Assembly (NCBI GenBank): GCA_964016885.1
Contig: OZ024742.1
Coordinates: 240,436,001 to 240,500,000 of the forward strand
Direction of reading: 5' to 3'
DNA: 64,000 nt
Origin: Eledone cirrhosa
Taxonomy: Eukaryota
The position numbers and the translations under genes are program-made. Below the pieces are notes generated by a model that saw nothing but the letters and a program-made list of their open reading frames with translations, searched no databases and was not told the DNA's origin. This document shows positions 45,185 to 58,885 of the stretch, piece after piece. Every line of letters begins with the position of its first letter. Within the stretch, counting starts at the first letter, position 1.

Positions 45185-45495
45185 GGGCTTATATTTGATA
45201 TCTGGTTTGAGCCTATTGGGAGTTTATATTTTTACCTCTGGGTTCATTACCAGCTTTGCATGAAGGAGTCAACATTTGGGCCTATTAACTGCTTGGAAGC
45301 ATATATTTTATACCTGACCTGAGCTTATTAACTACTTTTGGAGCTTATATTTTACACCTGGCTTGGTCCTCTTAACTATTTTGGAGTTTACATTTTACAT
45401 ATGGCTTGGGCCTATTAACTGCTTTGAGAGGTTATATTTTACATCTGGTCTGAACCTACTTTGGGGGCTTTCATTTTACATTTAGCCTGGGCTTG
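45185..45495. repeat. Old degenerate ~42-bp minisatellite
   Basis: Recurrent ggagcttatattttacacctggcttgggcctattaact-like unit. Confidence 0.7.
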
Positions 45496-46639
45496 TTACT
45501 TCTACAAGGGCCTGCTAATGGCAACAATGGGTGAAAAAAAAACATTCTTTTCTGAAGCTTATTCTTTAAATTTTATTTCACGACTGATCAGGAATAAGTT
45601 CTGTTTAATGTTTGGCAATATCGCTATAAAAGTTGAATGGATACTCACAAAAAAGTGGTAAGGAATTCCTGCTGTAGAGAATTCAATGGAATGAGCAACA
45701 ATACAACAATAACAACAAGCATTTTATGGGCATTTTCCCCACTAAAGAAAGTGTTAACCTTGCTGACCCCATGACAGTTTACAAACTTGTTAATGAACCC
45801 TTTTTGAAGCAAGGTTTTATGGCTGATACCAACTCCCATTAATCTCCTCTTAAGTCAATGATGCGCCTTTTCTTAACTGGACACACATAATATCAAGTTC
45901 AATAGGGTGAGCAAAGATGCAAGTTAAAATGAATAAAGTGAGACAAATGAACAAGATTCTATGGACTTGCTTTGTAAAGATGAACTGCAAATGTCTATGA
46001 TAAAGAAAAGTGATAAAATTTGTTTTTGTGCATGACAAAAATAGTAATGAATAGATTTGATAGAATTAAAATGACCTATTCTAAAAGATAAAAGATTTTA
46101 TATTTATAAATTATTGCGGCAAAGAAATTTGACTGAAAGAATAAGCATAGTTAAGATAAGATAAATATAGAAAATCTATGAAACCAGTTGATATTTTTAA
46201 TCAATAGATAGAACGTTACCCCCTATAAAATATGGTAATTAAGCCAGATTTTAGTTATGTAAGTAGATTCTCATCATCATCATCATCATCATCATCAATC
46301 ATCATTTATGCCTGCTTTTCCATGCTTGCATGCCTTAGATAGGTTGTTACTGACCAAGCCAGTACTTAATCGGAACTACTCTCCTACTAAAAGATCCAGT
46401 TTTGGCAGGTTTCTCTGGTTGGATGCCCTTCTTAATGCCAACCACCTTATTGTTTACTGGCTGTATTTTATTGTGGTGCCAGCAATATTGCTTTACAGAG
46501 TGCACTGGGTGTATTTTATGGCACAAGCACTAGGGTGGTTGTCATGTCCTTTCCTGACTGAAGAGTCCTTTCAGTTGCATCAACATCCTTAGTGTCGGTG
46601 CCACAATAAAGTGCACACAGGAGACTCTGTAAAATCTGT

Positions 46640-49100
46640 CATTATTCTAAGTGGTGTTTCAGCTATGCTCTGTGGATAAAATGGCAAAAGTATAGTCTTA
46701 GAGAATGGCAACAGCCACCCTATCTCATGGAGTTCCTTCTTCAGGTAGGCTGCTGTCTTTCCGATTTTACAGAGGAAATCAGCTGTGTGGTAACTGGGGA
46801 GCCCTGGTATTTAGTTATTTTCCTTTCCTCTTCTTTGCAGGCAGCAGTGCTTGGGTTTGTGGCCTATACGACACGGTAGAAGGTGGAGAGCAAGTAGCAA
46901 CACGTTATGTCCCAGATTAGGGATCTACCTCCAAATGGGAAGAGGGTTATTCTGTCAGGGATCTTACCATCACCACGGTTGAGGCAAGTTGGCTCCAGTT
47001 GTGACAGGAAGCCAGCTGTGTCAAGGCTTATTCTGATGATGTTCAGTGTGGCAAATCAGGGGAACTGGCCTGTGCTATGGTGACATGATAGCAGGGGCAG
47101 ACCAGACTTGTTAGCAACAGCATTTGTGTGGCTCACACATGCAGAGGCTGAGGTGCAGGGCCACTCCAATACGAGTGCACTTATCATCAATAAAGGACTT
47201 ATCATCAATGAGGAGGGCATTGAATTGAGCCAGGCAGAATAGAGGTAGATGAGATGGTGTTTGTTCAAATAAGGCACGATCTCTCTGAAGGTAGACCTGC
47301 ATTTGATGTCATCCTAGTTATGTTGGATGGACAGCGAGGCCTTCATCGGTCCAATTGGCCAGAGCTGACTCCAGTTCTTTGAACACTTCAGGTTCTGTTG
47401 TCTTACGGACGATCTCGCTGATGAGAGTGCTACTAGAGGAGACTGAGAATAGATAGGGTGGCAGTATCGGATTAAAAATGGATTTGAGGTTGAGGCTACT
47501 TAATTTCATGGGGAGTTTTGCCTATTGCCAGTCGGCAGTGTCGAAGGTAACATTGCAGATGAGTTCAGCACAGCGTCAGATAGTGGCATCCAGTTCGACG
47601 AGGCAATCTGCGCGAGAGTGACAAGGTGCACAGTGCAGCATGAAGAGGAGTTTGGTGAGGGTGAAGCAGTTTATCTGGAGGAAAAGTGCTGGGTGTGCAT
47701 TAATGAGGTGCAATCTCTGTCATCCTCAACATGCCTTATGCTTGATTTCCAGGCACTCTTATATTGCTTCCAGAAGGATTAAAGAGTCAAGAAGTTAGTG
47801 TCTTTCGGTGTTAGCTGAGCCTCAGTCAGGATGGGCTGGATGCTGAGTACAGCATCTTGAAATTCAGCTTCAGATTTGGACAAGCAGATCTCAAGTCCTA
47901 GGAGCTTCAGTGCTAGAGTGACTTGCTGAAGGTCCTTAACAACAGCCTCAAATGAACCACCTAGAGTCATGTAGTCCAGGTACCAGACATTGAAGGGTGA
48001 GCTGAATGGACTAAGGAAAGAGGAGCAGGCTGAGTGAGTCCCCTTGCTGGACACCTCTAGCAGAAGGAACCTTGTTCTCAGCAGCCATGAGTGGGCTGCG
48101 TGATCCATAGGAGAGGTGTGCACGTGTGATTATTGAGGTACATCTTAAACCATCTCTAAGATGTGATTCCACCTAATACTGTTGAAGGCCTTTATCATGT
48201 ACAGCTTCACTGCGAGGCAGGATGTCAAAGGAGGTGTGTCTCATATGCAGTGTCTGGGTTTGGAAGTCCCTGATATTGGCCAGGGCATCTGGATGCTTAA
48301 GTTGGAGAGCAGCTATGACATCTGGTATGGGCCAGAGCACTGTAGCAAAAATTTCACCTTCAATTAATTTATGACTCACTCAGTTACAGAGCTGTTTCAT
48401 GCAATCAGAAGAGGACTGTATATTCGGTGTCAGAAGAGGACTGTATATTCAGTGTCAGAAGAGGACTGTATATTCAGTGTCAGAAGAGGACTGTATATTC
48501 AGTGTCAGAAGAGGACTGTATATTCAGTGTCAGAAGAGGACTGTATATTCAGTGTCAGAAGAGGACTGTATATTCAGTGTCAGAAGAGGACTGTATATTC
48601 AGTGTCAGAAGAGGACTGTATATTCAGTGTCAGAAGAGGACTGTATATTCAGTGTCAGAAGAGGACTGTATATTCAGTGTCAGTGTAGGTGGGCAGCATG
48701 AATAAGATGAGAGGCTAGATGGTGAGGGGTGGCAGAAGGAAGTGATATTGTCTCTGAGTCTTGAAGTAAAGGAGAGGACCAAAGACTCCCCTGTCATCAG
48801 GATCCCAACCACGAGCATGCAAAACTGAATAATTTGTTCTAGTCATGCGGGCTGTTGGTATTGCGTGCTTGGTCAATGGATGGCACTAGTGCTTCAGCCA
48901 CGAGAGCATGGGCAGCCTTGGGGATCCTGATGATGGCTCTTCACGGCTGTCTGAGGTGGGAGATCACAACCAAGACCTCATCTGGGCTGGGTGGTGATAG
49001 GTCTTCATTGTGTTGTGCCCCTGTGACCACTTGTGGTGTTAAGGGGGTTAAGCAGCACAGCCTGTGCCACTGATGTAGGGATTCTGACATGTTTCGTGTT
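46640..49100 (-). pseudogene. Decayed CRE-clade non-LTR retrotransposon (RT + restriction-like endonuclease)
   Basis: FNVWYLDYMTLGG...GLEICLSKSE (RT) and [32 protein letters not shown] (PD..D RLE motif, ~46900-47000). Many disablements, boundaries approximate. Confidence 0.75.
48406..48686. repeat. 25-bp minisatellite, 11 near-perfect copies
   Basis: Unit cagaagaggactgtatattcagtgt. Confidence 0.98.
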
Positions 49101-49280
49101 GAGTCGAAAGTCTGTTGCTCCCACCCCCTCTCCCTTTTTTTTGTATTTCTTTTGATATTTTCCTTTTTTTTTATCTTCTTTATTGCTTTATTGTACTACT
49201 GGATATTTTGCATTATATATTGTCTTTAGTATACCTCAGTTTAAATAAACTTCTGTTAGATTACAAAAAAAACAATATAA

Positions 49281-49628
49281 AATGTACCCCCAGTATTCAG
49301 GGTCTCTGCATTCACGGTCCCGGTTATTCATGGATTTTTTTTAACAACCTAACTAATAATTGTTTGTGGAAACCACCGCATATTTGCGCAATCGTAAATA
49401 TCTTTACCGATTTTTTTTTCATGGCTTTTTTGATGGTAATATATATTTTTTCATGCTTTTGAACGCTAAACTATTAATAACAATATACTGTATTTGCCGG
49501 CCTATATTTTATGTTTTGTTTTGATATTTATAGCCATTTTTATGAACCACGTCCAATATTCGCAGTTTTTCACTCTTTGCGTGTGCTCTAGGTATGTAAC
49601 CCCCACGAATACTGGAGGACAACTGTAT
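49281..49628. mobile_element. Tc1/mariner (Tigger-like) MITE
   Basis: Imperfect TIRs gtacccccagtattc / gaatactggaggacaactg, with TA at the right end. Confidence 0.55.
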
Positions 49629-50074
49629 ATAGATATATATTCTAAGTATCTTAGAATGTGTAGAAACCTCCAATGTCAGTGAAACTTAGAAGTATTGGTT
49701 CTTATCCTTTTGGCTAAAAGCCAAGTGTAGTAATTTACCATTAATAACAATTGTGATATTAACATTACACACATATGAATCTTTAATTTCAGTGCATACT
49801 TGAGTGCGTTTCTCACATGAACCTATAAAACAAGCTTTTATGTGTGTATGTGTTGCCATGTGTGCGTGTGCATGTGAGTATGTATGTATGTATGTATCAT
49901 CATTTCAACATTTCATTTTATGTCCACTTTTTCCCTGCTTGCAAGGGTGGGACGGGAACTGATTCTGGCTTGATTTCTTCAGCTGGATGCCCTTCCTAAC
50001 ACCAACCTCATTTACAGTGAGTGCTGGGTGCTTTTTTGCAGTGGAATGATAGGGACCCCAATCCCGATCATCTC

Positions 50075-50213
50075 ATTTCTACAGCTGAGTAAACTGGAGC
50101 AATGTGAAATAAAGTGTCTTGCTCAAGGAAACAACACATCACCCGGTCTGAGAATTGAACTCACAACCTTTCAATTGCAAGGCCAATGCTTTAACCACTA
50201 AGCCATGTGCCTC
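50075..50213 (-). mobile_element. tRNA-derived SINE (S3) fragment
   Basis: Minus: tggcttagtggttaaagc...gagttcaattct...tccttgagcaagacact. Confidence 0.75.
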
Positions 50214-50263
50214 CATTGTATGTGTCTGTATATATGTCTGTATATATATATATATATATATAT

Positions 50264-50496
50264 GATAACTCCGATATAAAACCTGCAGCTCAGTAGTTAC
50301 CGATGATGTTGATCTTTTCTTCTTTTCGGGTTATAGCTACTGTCGCTCAGAGAGTGGGATTGGCTCAGTGCACAGTCATTCCTCACTTTAAAAAATATCT
50401 TCACACACAAGCATTGCACGATGGAATTAATTAATAATTATTAATAATGGTATATCGTGCAATGGCCATACTCGATAACGAGGGGGCAGCCACCAT
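50264..50496 (+). mobile_element. Short bipartite RTE-derived element (5' leader piece + 3' stem-loop tail)
   Basis: 50264-50420 is homologous to 62870-63020. The 3' end tggccatactcg-ataa-cgagggggcagcca matches the RTE end at 58785-58824. Confidence 0.7.
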
Positions 50497-50541
50497 ATAT
50501 ATATGTATATATATATGAATGTATATATGAATGTATATATG

Positions 50542-50644
<103 letters not shown>

Positions 50645-50649
50645 GTATG

Positions 50650-50680
<31 letters not shown>

Positions 50681-50865
50681 GTATATATATATGTATATAT
50701 ATATATATGTATATATATATGTATATATATATATATGTATATATATATATGTATATATATATATATGTATATATATATGTATATATATATGTATATATAT
50801 ATGTATATATATATGTATATATATATATATGTATATATATATGTATGTATATATATATATGTATG

Positions 50866-50896
<31 letters not shown>

Positions 50897-51032
50897 GTAT
50901 ATATATGTATATATATATATATATGTATATATATATGTATATATGTATATATATATGTATATATGTGTATATATATGTATATATATGTATATATGTGTAT
51001 ATATATGTATATATGTATGTATATATGTATGT

Positions 51033-54000
51033 ATCATCATCATCATCATCATCAACGTTTAACGTCCGTGTTCCATGCTTGCATGGGTTTGGACGGGGGT
51101 AGTCCTACTTGAGGCAAGAGTGATTGTCTTGCTCGCATAGGACTGTCTGGCAGGTTTTCTACAGTTGGATGCCCTTCCTAACACCAACCACATTTACAGT
51201 GTGGGTCTGGGAGGTTTTTACCGTGTTGCCTACACGGCCACATTACAGCGTGGACTGTGTGTTTTTTTGTCGTGACACCTACACGATCTCATTTGTTTCG
51301 GCCTATGGCGCGGCACCAACATAACTTTACATAGAACGGGGTGGTGTGGATGGGGTGGGGGTGGTGGTGGTCGGACGGGGTGTATTTTGTTAGAGATGCC
51401 TACTGGCTGGAGTAGGTTTTACTATATATTTAGGTAAGGCGGGTCTTCTCTGTTACTGAGTACCGCCAAAGGTCTCGGTCCAGTGACATTGTCTTGGAGA
51501 GGTGTAAGTGTGTGATGTCGGAGTTTATCAGCTCGTCCCAGGTTTTTCTAGGTCTGCCTATTCCGTGACTACCGTCTATCTTTATTGCCCTGCACTTTGT
51601 TATACAGCTATCGACTTTCATGCGCATCACGTGTCCATACCAACGTAGCCTTCTCTCGAGTAAACAACATCTGATCCCTCTTATCTCTAATTTTTTCCTT
51701 AGTTCGTTTATGCTTTGCCGTTCACGTATATCACTGTTACACATCCAGCGGAGCATGCAAGCTTCGTTCCTCTCTAGTCTGCGTATATCCTCTGCACACA
51801 ATGCCCAGGTCTCACTGCCATGCAGCATTGCTGTTCGTATGCAGGCATCGTACAACCTGCCTTTCATTTTTAGGGAGAACCCTTTAGCAGCTAATAGTGG
51901 TATAAGCTCTCTGAACTTTTTCCAACCAGTTCTGACTCTAGCTACAGTGCTTTCAGAGCACCCTCCCCCACTGCTGATTTTATCGCCCAGGTAACGGAAG
52001 CTGTCCACTATTTCTATAGAACCCTCTGCGCAATTGAAAGAGCTAGTATTTTGTGGGCACTTGCTGCTACTTATTGCACCAGAACACCGGCCACATGTAA
52101 AATCTATGTTCTTAGTTAGCTTACCTGTGATCCCACTACATCTTTTATGCACCCATACTTTGCATTTAGGACATAAAATGGAGTTTCTACCTACGCCTTT
52201 CCTACACACCGAGCACGACCATTTCCCAGAAGGGACCGCCGCCTTGTTTTCTTTCCTACAAACTAGTACTTTGGTCTTAGCCAGGTTAATTTTAAGTCCT
52301 TTTGACTCTAGGCCGTGCTTCCATGTTTGGAATTTCTTCTCTAGCTCGGCCATTGATTCCGCTATGAGTGTCAGGTCGTCTGCGTATAGGAGTTCCCATG
52401 GGCAGCCTGTCTTGAACTCCTCTGTTATAGCCTGAAGGGCAATAATAAATAGTAGGGGGCTGAGAACAGAGCCCTGATGGACGCCAACTTTTACGCTAAA
52501 CTCTTCACTATATTCGTTGTTAATTCTAACCTTGCTGACTGTTTCTTTATACATGGCTTGTATAGCCCTCACAAGCCATTCGTCAACGCCTAGTTTTCTA
52601 AGAGCCCACCAGATAATGGAGCGGGGGACTCTGTCGAAGGCTTTCTCCAAGTCGACAAAAGCTAAGTAGAGGGGTTTACCTTTAGCTAGGTACTTCTCCT
52701 GTAGTTGTCGTACTATGAAAAGAGCGTCTGTGGTACTTTTGCCTGACACAAACCCGAACTGCATTTCATCTAGGTCAATTCTCTCTCTGATTAGTTGCGC
52801 TATTACTTTTTCCGTGACCTTCATGACCTGGTCGATTAATTTAATGCCTCTATAGTTACTCCTATCTAGGGCGTCTCCTTTACCCTTATAACAGTTAACG
52901 ATGATGCTGCTATGCCAGTCCTTCGGAACAACCCCATTCTGTACGACTTGGTTAACTATGCGGGTGACCATGGTGTGTCCCACCGTGCCAGATGCCTTCA
53001 GCATCTCAGCAACTATTTCCGAAGGCCCAGCCGCCTTACCCGTCTTCATATCCTTGATTGCCTTACTTATTATACTCCCCTCGACTAACACTGCTGGTCC
53101 CTCTATTGGGTCGATATGGGGGAGACTGTCTTTCTCCCATTTATTCTCCTCATTTAGTAGCCTTTCATAGTGACACTTCCAAGCTACCTTCTTATCAGCG
53201 TCGGTGATGGCAAGTGTGCCATCGTCGTTTAGTACACACTTCTCCCCGACAATATCACGGTTTTCCTTGACGCATTGCCTAGCAATCCTGAACACCTCAC
53301 GTTTTTGGTCATCGCGTTGTAGAACATGCTTGAACTTTCTTTCCTCAGCTTCCCTTCTTGCTAAGTACACTTGTCTCCTAGCTTCCCTCCTGGCCACTTG
53401 ATAGTCTTCTCTACTTCCCCCATCCCGCCATACTTTCCAAGCCTGCTTTTTGGCCTTAATTGACCCCTCCACCTTACTGTTCCACCACCATGTTACTCTC
53501 CTCCTGCCTACAGGCCTGCTCCAGCCACAGACTCCGTCTGTCGCCAACAGCAGGTTTGCTTTCAGAAATTCCCACTCTCCCTCTATATTGTCCGACTCTA
53601 GATGTTCTTCCTTACTGTCGAAAGCATCAAGTAATATGCTTTGAAATTTATTCCTGGCTGTGGGGTCCTTTAGCTTCCATATTTTTCTCCTGAGGATAGT
53701 CCTCTTCTGCTGTCGAGTACGTCTCGTCCTGACTATGAGGTCGCTAATTATCAGTCTATGTTGGGAGGTGCATTCTTCATGGGGAGGGATTTAGTGTTTA
53801 CAACAGACACTCTGTCACGTCTTCTGGTAAGGATATAATCTACCTGGCTTGTGTGTTCCCTGGATCTATAGGTGATCAGGTGATTGTCACGTTTTTTGAA
53901 GTTAGTGTTACAGATAGTTAGGTTATTTGCATCACAGAATTCCAGGATTCTGGAGCCTTCCTCATTTCTAGTACCAAACCCATAGCCTCCATGGATTTCG

Positions 54001-54092
54001 TCGTAGCCGTCACAATGTTGTCCAACGTGACCATTTAGGTCGCCTGCGATAATTTTATAGTCACTGTCGGATATTTGGGAGGTAGTTAGCCT
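51033..54092 (-). mobile_element. Longest RTE subfamily B copy (partial APE + RT + PHD-like finger + 3' UTR)
   Basis: APE motifs IAGDLNGHVG, CNTNFKK, VDYIL and SQHRL, with one frameshift near 53781. Flanked by (TA)n on both sides. Confidence 0.97.
51430..53781 (-). CDS. RTE ORF remnant, 784 uninterrupted codons (no native start)
   Basis: Continuous frame from HEECTSQH through the RT YADD motif to KTRLT*. Confidence 0.85.
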   Translation of the reverse strand, partial: HEECTSQHRLIISDLIVRTRRTRQQKRTILRRKIWKLKDPTARNKFQSILLDAFDSKEEHLESDNIEGEWEFLKANLLLATDGVCGWSRPVGRRRVTWWWNSKVEGSIKAKKQAWKVWRDGGSREDYQVARREARRQVYLARREAEERKFKHVLQRDDQKREVFRIARQCVKENRDIVGEKCVLNDDGTLAITDADKKVAWKCHYERLLNEENKWEKDSLPHIDPIEGPAVLVEGSIISKAIKDMKTGKAAGPSEIVAEMLKASGTVGHTMVTRIVNQVVQNGVVPKDWHSSIIVNCYKGKGDALDRSNYRGIKLIDQVMKVTEKVIAQLIRERIDLDEMQFGFVSGKSTTDALFIVRQLQEKYLAKGKPLYLAFVDLEKAFDRVPRSIIWWALRKLGVDEWLVRAIQAMYKETVSKVRINNEYSEEFSVKVGVHQGSVLSPLLFIIALQAITEEFKTGCPWELLYADDLTLIAESMAELEKKFQTWKHGLESKGLKINLAKTKVLVCRKENKAAVPSGKWSCSVCRKGVGRNSILCPKCKVWVHKRCSGITGKLTKNIDFTCGRCSGAISSSKCPQNTSSFNCAEGSIEIVDSFRYLGDKISSGGGCSESTVARVRTGWKKFRELIPLLAAKGFSLKMKGRLYDACIRTAMLHGSETWALCAEDIRRLERNEACMLRWMCNSDIRERQSINELRKKLEIRGIRCCLLERRLRWYGHVMRMKVDSCITKCRAIKIDGSHGIGRPRKTWDELINSDITHLHLSKTMSLDRDLWRYSVTEKTRLT

Positions 54093-54257
54093 CTATATAT
54101 ATATGTATATATATATGTATATATATATATATGTATATATATATGTATATATATATATGTATATATATATATGTATATATATATATATGTATATATATAT
54201 GTATATATATATATATGTATATATATATGTATATATATATATATGTATATATATATG

Positions 54258-54288
<31 letters not shown>

Positions 54289-54317
54289 GTATATATATAT
54301 GTATATATATGTATATG

Positions 54318-54412
<95 letters not shown>

Positions 54413-54535
54413 GTATATATATATGTATATATATATATATGTATATATATGTATATATATATATGTATATATATATGTATATGTATATGTGTATATATAT
54501 ATGTATATATATATGTATATATGTATATGTATATA

Positions 54536-54580
<45 letters not shown>

Positions 54581-54639
54581 TTATATATATATATGTATAT
54601 ATATATGTATATATATGTATATCTATCTATCTCTGTCCC

Positions 54640-54826
54640 TTATTATCGCTGCCATGTCCTGCGTCTCCAACTGACCAGTGTCTGTCCTTAGGGCATCAAC
54701 ATACGTTAACCTTGGTCTTCCTCTTCTAGTGTGTCCATGTAGGGGCTCCCACAGGAGCACTGAGTGCAATGTCAACTCTGGATGTCGGTGAGCATGTCCA
54801 GCTAACCTCAGTCTCCTCTGTGTCAC
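54640..54826 (-). mobile_element. 3' coding fragment of a further RTE/RTEX-like family
   Basis: [17 protein letters not shown]...LLWEP...[12 protein letters not shown], isolated within (TA)n. Confidence 0.75.
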
Positions 54827-54833
54827 ATATATA

Positions 54834-54865
<32 letters not shown>

Positions 54866-54938
54866 GATATATATACATACATATATGTATACATATATAT
54901 ATACATACATAGATATATATACATACATATATGTATAC

Positions 54939-54984
<46 letters not shown>

Positions 54985-55258
54985 GTATGTATGTATGTAT
55001 ATGTATGTATGTATGTATGTATATGTATGTATGTATGTATATGTATGTATGTATGTATATATATGTATGTATGTATATATATGTGTATGTATATATATGT
55101 GTATGTATATATTTGTATGTATGTATATATATGTATATATATATATATGTAAGTGTATATATATATATGTATGTATATATATGTGTATGTATATATATGT
55201 ATGTATGTATATATATGTATATATATATGTAAGTGTATATATATATATATGTATGTAT

Positions 55259-55296
<38 letters not shown>

Positions 55297-55301
55297 GTAT
55301 G

Positions 55302-55334
<33 letters not shown>

Positions 55335-55495
55335 GTATGTATATATATATGTATGTATATATATATGTATATATATATATGTATGTATATATATATGTAT
55401 ATATATATATGTATGTATATATGTATGTATGTATATATGTATGTATATATGTATGTATGTATATATGTATGTATATATGTATATATATATCTATG

Positions 55496-55528
<33 letters not shown>

Positions 55529-56031
55529 GTATATATATATGTATATATATATATATGTATATATATATGTATATATATATGTATATATATATATATGTAT
55601 ATATATATGTATATATGTATATATATATATATGTATATATGTATATATATATATATGTATATATGTATATATATATGTATGTATATATGTATATATATAT
55701 GTATATATATATGTATGTATATATGTATGTATATATGTATATATATATGTATATATATATGTATGTATATATGTATATATATATGTATATATATATGTAT
55801 ATATATATGTATATATATATGTATATATATATGTATGTATATATGTATATATATATGTATGTATATATGTATGTATATATGTATGTATATATGTATGTAT
55901 ATATGTATATATATATGTATGTATATATGTATATATATATGTATGTATATATGTATATATATATGTATGTATATATGTATATATATATGTATGTATATAT
56001 GTATGTATATATGTATGTATATATGTATGTA

Positions 56032-58635
56032 TGAGAATGATGTACATATAGAAGACTTGTTGGCTGATAAGAGGCGTGCTCTGTCATGCTACTTGACGGC
56101 AAAACCACAGGAGAGGAATACGTTGCATGAGGAGCTCAGGGATGTAAAATCACGTGTTAGGCGGAGTCTTTCTCAGATGAAGGATCAGTGGTGGAGTGAG
56201 AAGGCTGGTGAGATACAAACTGCGTCTGATTGCAATAACACAAAGCTGTTGTACAGTCTCTTGCGTGAGGTTTATGGACCATCTTCTTCTCTGGTGACAC
56301 CGATTCGCAGCAAAGATGGCAAAGAACTTCTTCGTGACTCACAGGGAATTCTACGAAGGTGGCGAGAGCACTTTGATGATCTTTTGAATCAGCCGTCTGT
56401 CGTCAGTGAAGATTTCCTCAATCTCATTCCGGAAAGTCCTGTGAAAGTAGCTCTCGCAGAACCTCCGACGCTTGTGGAGGTTGCAGTGGCTATTTCGAAG
56501 CTGAACAGTGGAAGATCTCCAGGTATGGATGGCATACATGCTGAGCTCCTACAATATGGTGGTGAGAGACTCCTGCAACATCTTCACTCTCTGTTTGGAA
56601 GGATATGGGCTAATGAATCCGTGCCTGAGGACTGGAGAGATGCAGTAATGGTGGTCTTGTACAGGGGAAAGGGTAACAGGAATGATTGTGGGAACTACAG
56701 AGGTATATCATTGCTTTCTGTCGTAGGGAAAGTTTTATGTAGGGTGCTTCTGGACCGTCTGCTGACACACATTGCAGATTGTGTCCTTCCTGAAAGTCAA
56801 TCTGGTTTTCGTGCTGGACGCGGCACTACTGATATGATCTTCTCAGCTAGACAGCTCCAGGAGAAGTGCATTGAACAGGGTTTGGATCTGTATCAGGTTT
56901 TTGTCGATCTGACAAAGGCTTTCGATACTGTCAACAGAGATGCATTATGGAAGGTTCTCCAGAAACTTGGTTGTTCCTTGCTTTAGTTAGGTCTTTCCAT
57001 GACGACATGAAGGCTTGGGTTAATGTCGGAGGTAACATGTCGGAGCCTATCTCAGTAAAAAATGGAGTGAAACAGGGGGATATTCCAGCACCGACCCTGT
57101 TTGCCATATACTTTGCAATGGTTTTCTGTATTGCATTCAGGAATTGCGAGCATGGTGTTTACATCCGATATCGAACCTCAGGCAGCATATTTAACATCAG
57201 GCGCTTTGCTGCGAAGACAAAAGTATTTACATCAGTCATAAGAGACCTCTTGTATGCAGATGATTGCGATCTTGTAGCACACACAGAGAGTGATATGCAG
57301 CACATTTTGAATGAATTTTCTGACGCTTGCACTGCCCTGGGTTTGACTGTCAGTCTCAAGAAAACCGTCGTCATGTACCAACCTGCCCCTGGTAAGCAGT
57401 ACACTGAACCAAACATCTATGTGTATGGCAAACGACTTGGAGTGGTTGATCAGTTTGTCTACCTGGGAAGCACTGTCAATCGATACGGCAACCTTGACAG
57501 TGAAATCTCACTTAGGATTAGGAAAGCAAGTGATGCTTTCGGAAAGCTAGAAAGGCGACTCTGGGGTTGGCGAGACATATGCAGGAGGACAAAGGTAAAG
57601 GTGTACAGGGCATGTGTACTCTCTTGTCTTCTTTATGCCTGCGAGACCTGGGTCACATATCGACGCCACCTTAAGCAATTGGAGCGTTTCCATCAGATGT
57701 GTCTCAGACGGATCCATGGCGTTCACTGGAGGGACCACATCAGTGATGTCGAGATTTTGGAAAGCTCTATGTGTGACAGTATAGAAGCTCTTGTGCTTAA
57801 GCAACGACTCCGTTGGAGTGGTCACCTTGCCAGGATGAAGGATTCTAGAATACCAAAACAACTCTTCTATGGAGAGTTGGTTAAAGGAAAACGACCGCCA
57901 CATAAACCAAAAAAGAGGTATAAGGATCCCTTAAAAGCCTCTCTGAAAGACGCTAACATCTCTGCTGATACATGGGAAAATATTGCTGCTGATCGTAATA
58001 AATGGAGAAAGACTGTATATGAGGGAAAAGTTGCCTTTGAGGCATCTCGAATCGCACACGAGAAAGTAAAGCGGGACGTGAGGAAGGGCATTGCTGTTGC
58101 ACTTCCAGACGGCGTGGGTCCTCCTATGGTGCTGACATGCAGCGTCTGTGCGAGACTCTGCCTAAGCAAAGCTGGACTCGAAAGTCATCTTCGCAGTCAT
58201 AAAGTAAGACCAGTGGTTGACTACCAGGCTGCTGTTGGAGATGCTACTCATCATGCTTGCCAAACATGTGGTAGAGAATGTAAATCAGCAGGAGGGCTCA
58301 AGCGACATGCAAAAGTACACAAACTCTAACCACAGCCGACTATTTCCAGTGAATGTTTTGGTTGCCGACTCTGTGTGCAAGACATTTTAGATCATTGGCT
58401 TGGCTAAAAAGCCACATTCGATCGCAGCACTGTTAATTGCTATCGTGTGTGTGTGTGGATATGCTTATGTGCGTGCGTGTGTGTGTATATATATATGAAT
58501 ATGTATATTATTATTGTTGTTGTCGTTATTATTATTATTGCTATTATTATTATTATTATTATTATTATTGTTATTAATGTATGTGTGTATATGTGTGAGT
58601 GTATGTGTATGTATGTGTGTATGTATATATGTATG

Positions 58636-58684
<49 letters not shown>

Positions 58685-58885
58685 CTTTTTTCCTTTTTTT
58701 TTTTTTTTTAATTTATTTATTATTATTATTATTATTATTTTTTTTAAAATTTTATTTTATTTTATTTTATTTTTTTTTTTTCTTGTGCAATGGCCATACT
58801 CGATGGCGAGGGGGCAGCCATCATGTATGTATGTATGTATGTATGTATGTATGTATGTATGTATGTATGTATGTATGTATGTATG
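56032..58885 (+). mobile_element. 5'-truncated RTE (BovB-like) LINE, family C, with C-terminal C2H2 zinc fingers
   Basis: [43 protein letters not shown]. Frameshift near 56975. Fingers CSVC..HLRSH and CQTC..HAKVH, plus a third disabled finger. 3' stem-loop and (ATGT)n tail. Confidence 0.95.

Noticed and set aside
41331-48686. Regular short repeats that might suggest CRISPR arrays (42-bp and 25-bp units)
   Set aside because: Head-to-tail repeats with no unique spacers, no cas genes, and a eukaryotic context.
49066-49120. CTGATGT...hairpin...GAAAGTC motif
   Set aside because: A9 is missing, there is no valid helix III or NUH site, and it may be chance within the CRE 5' region.
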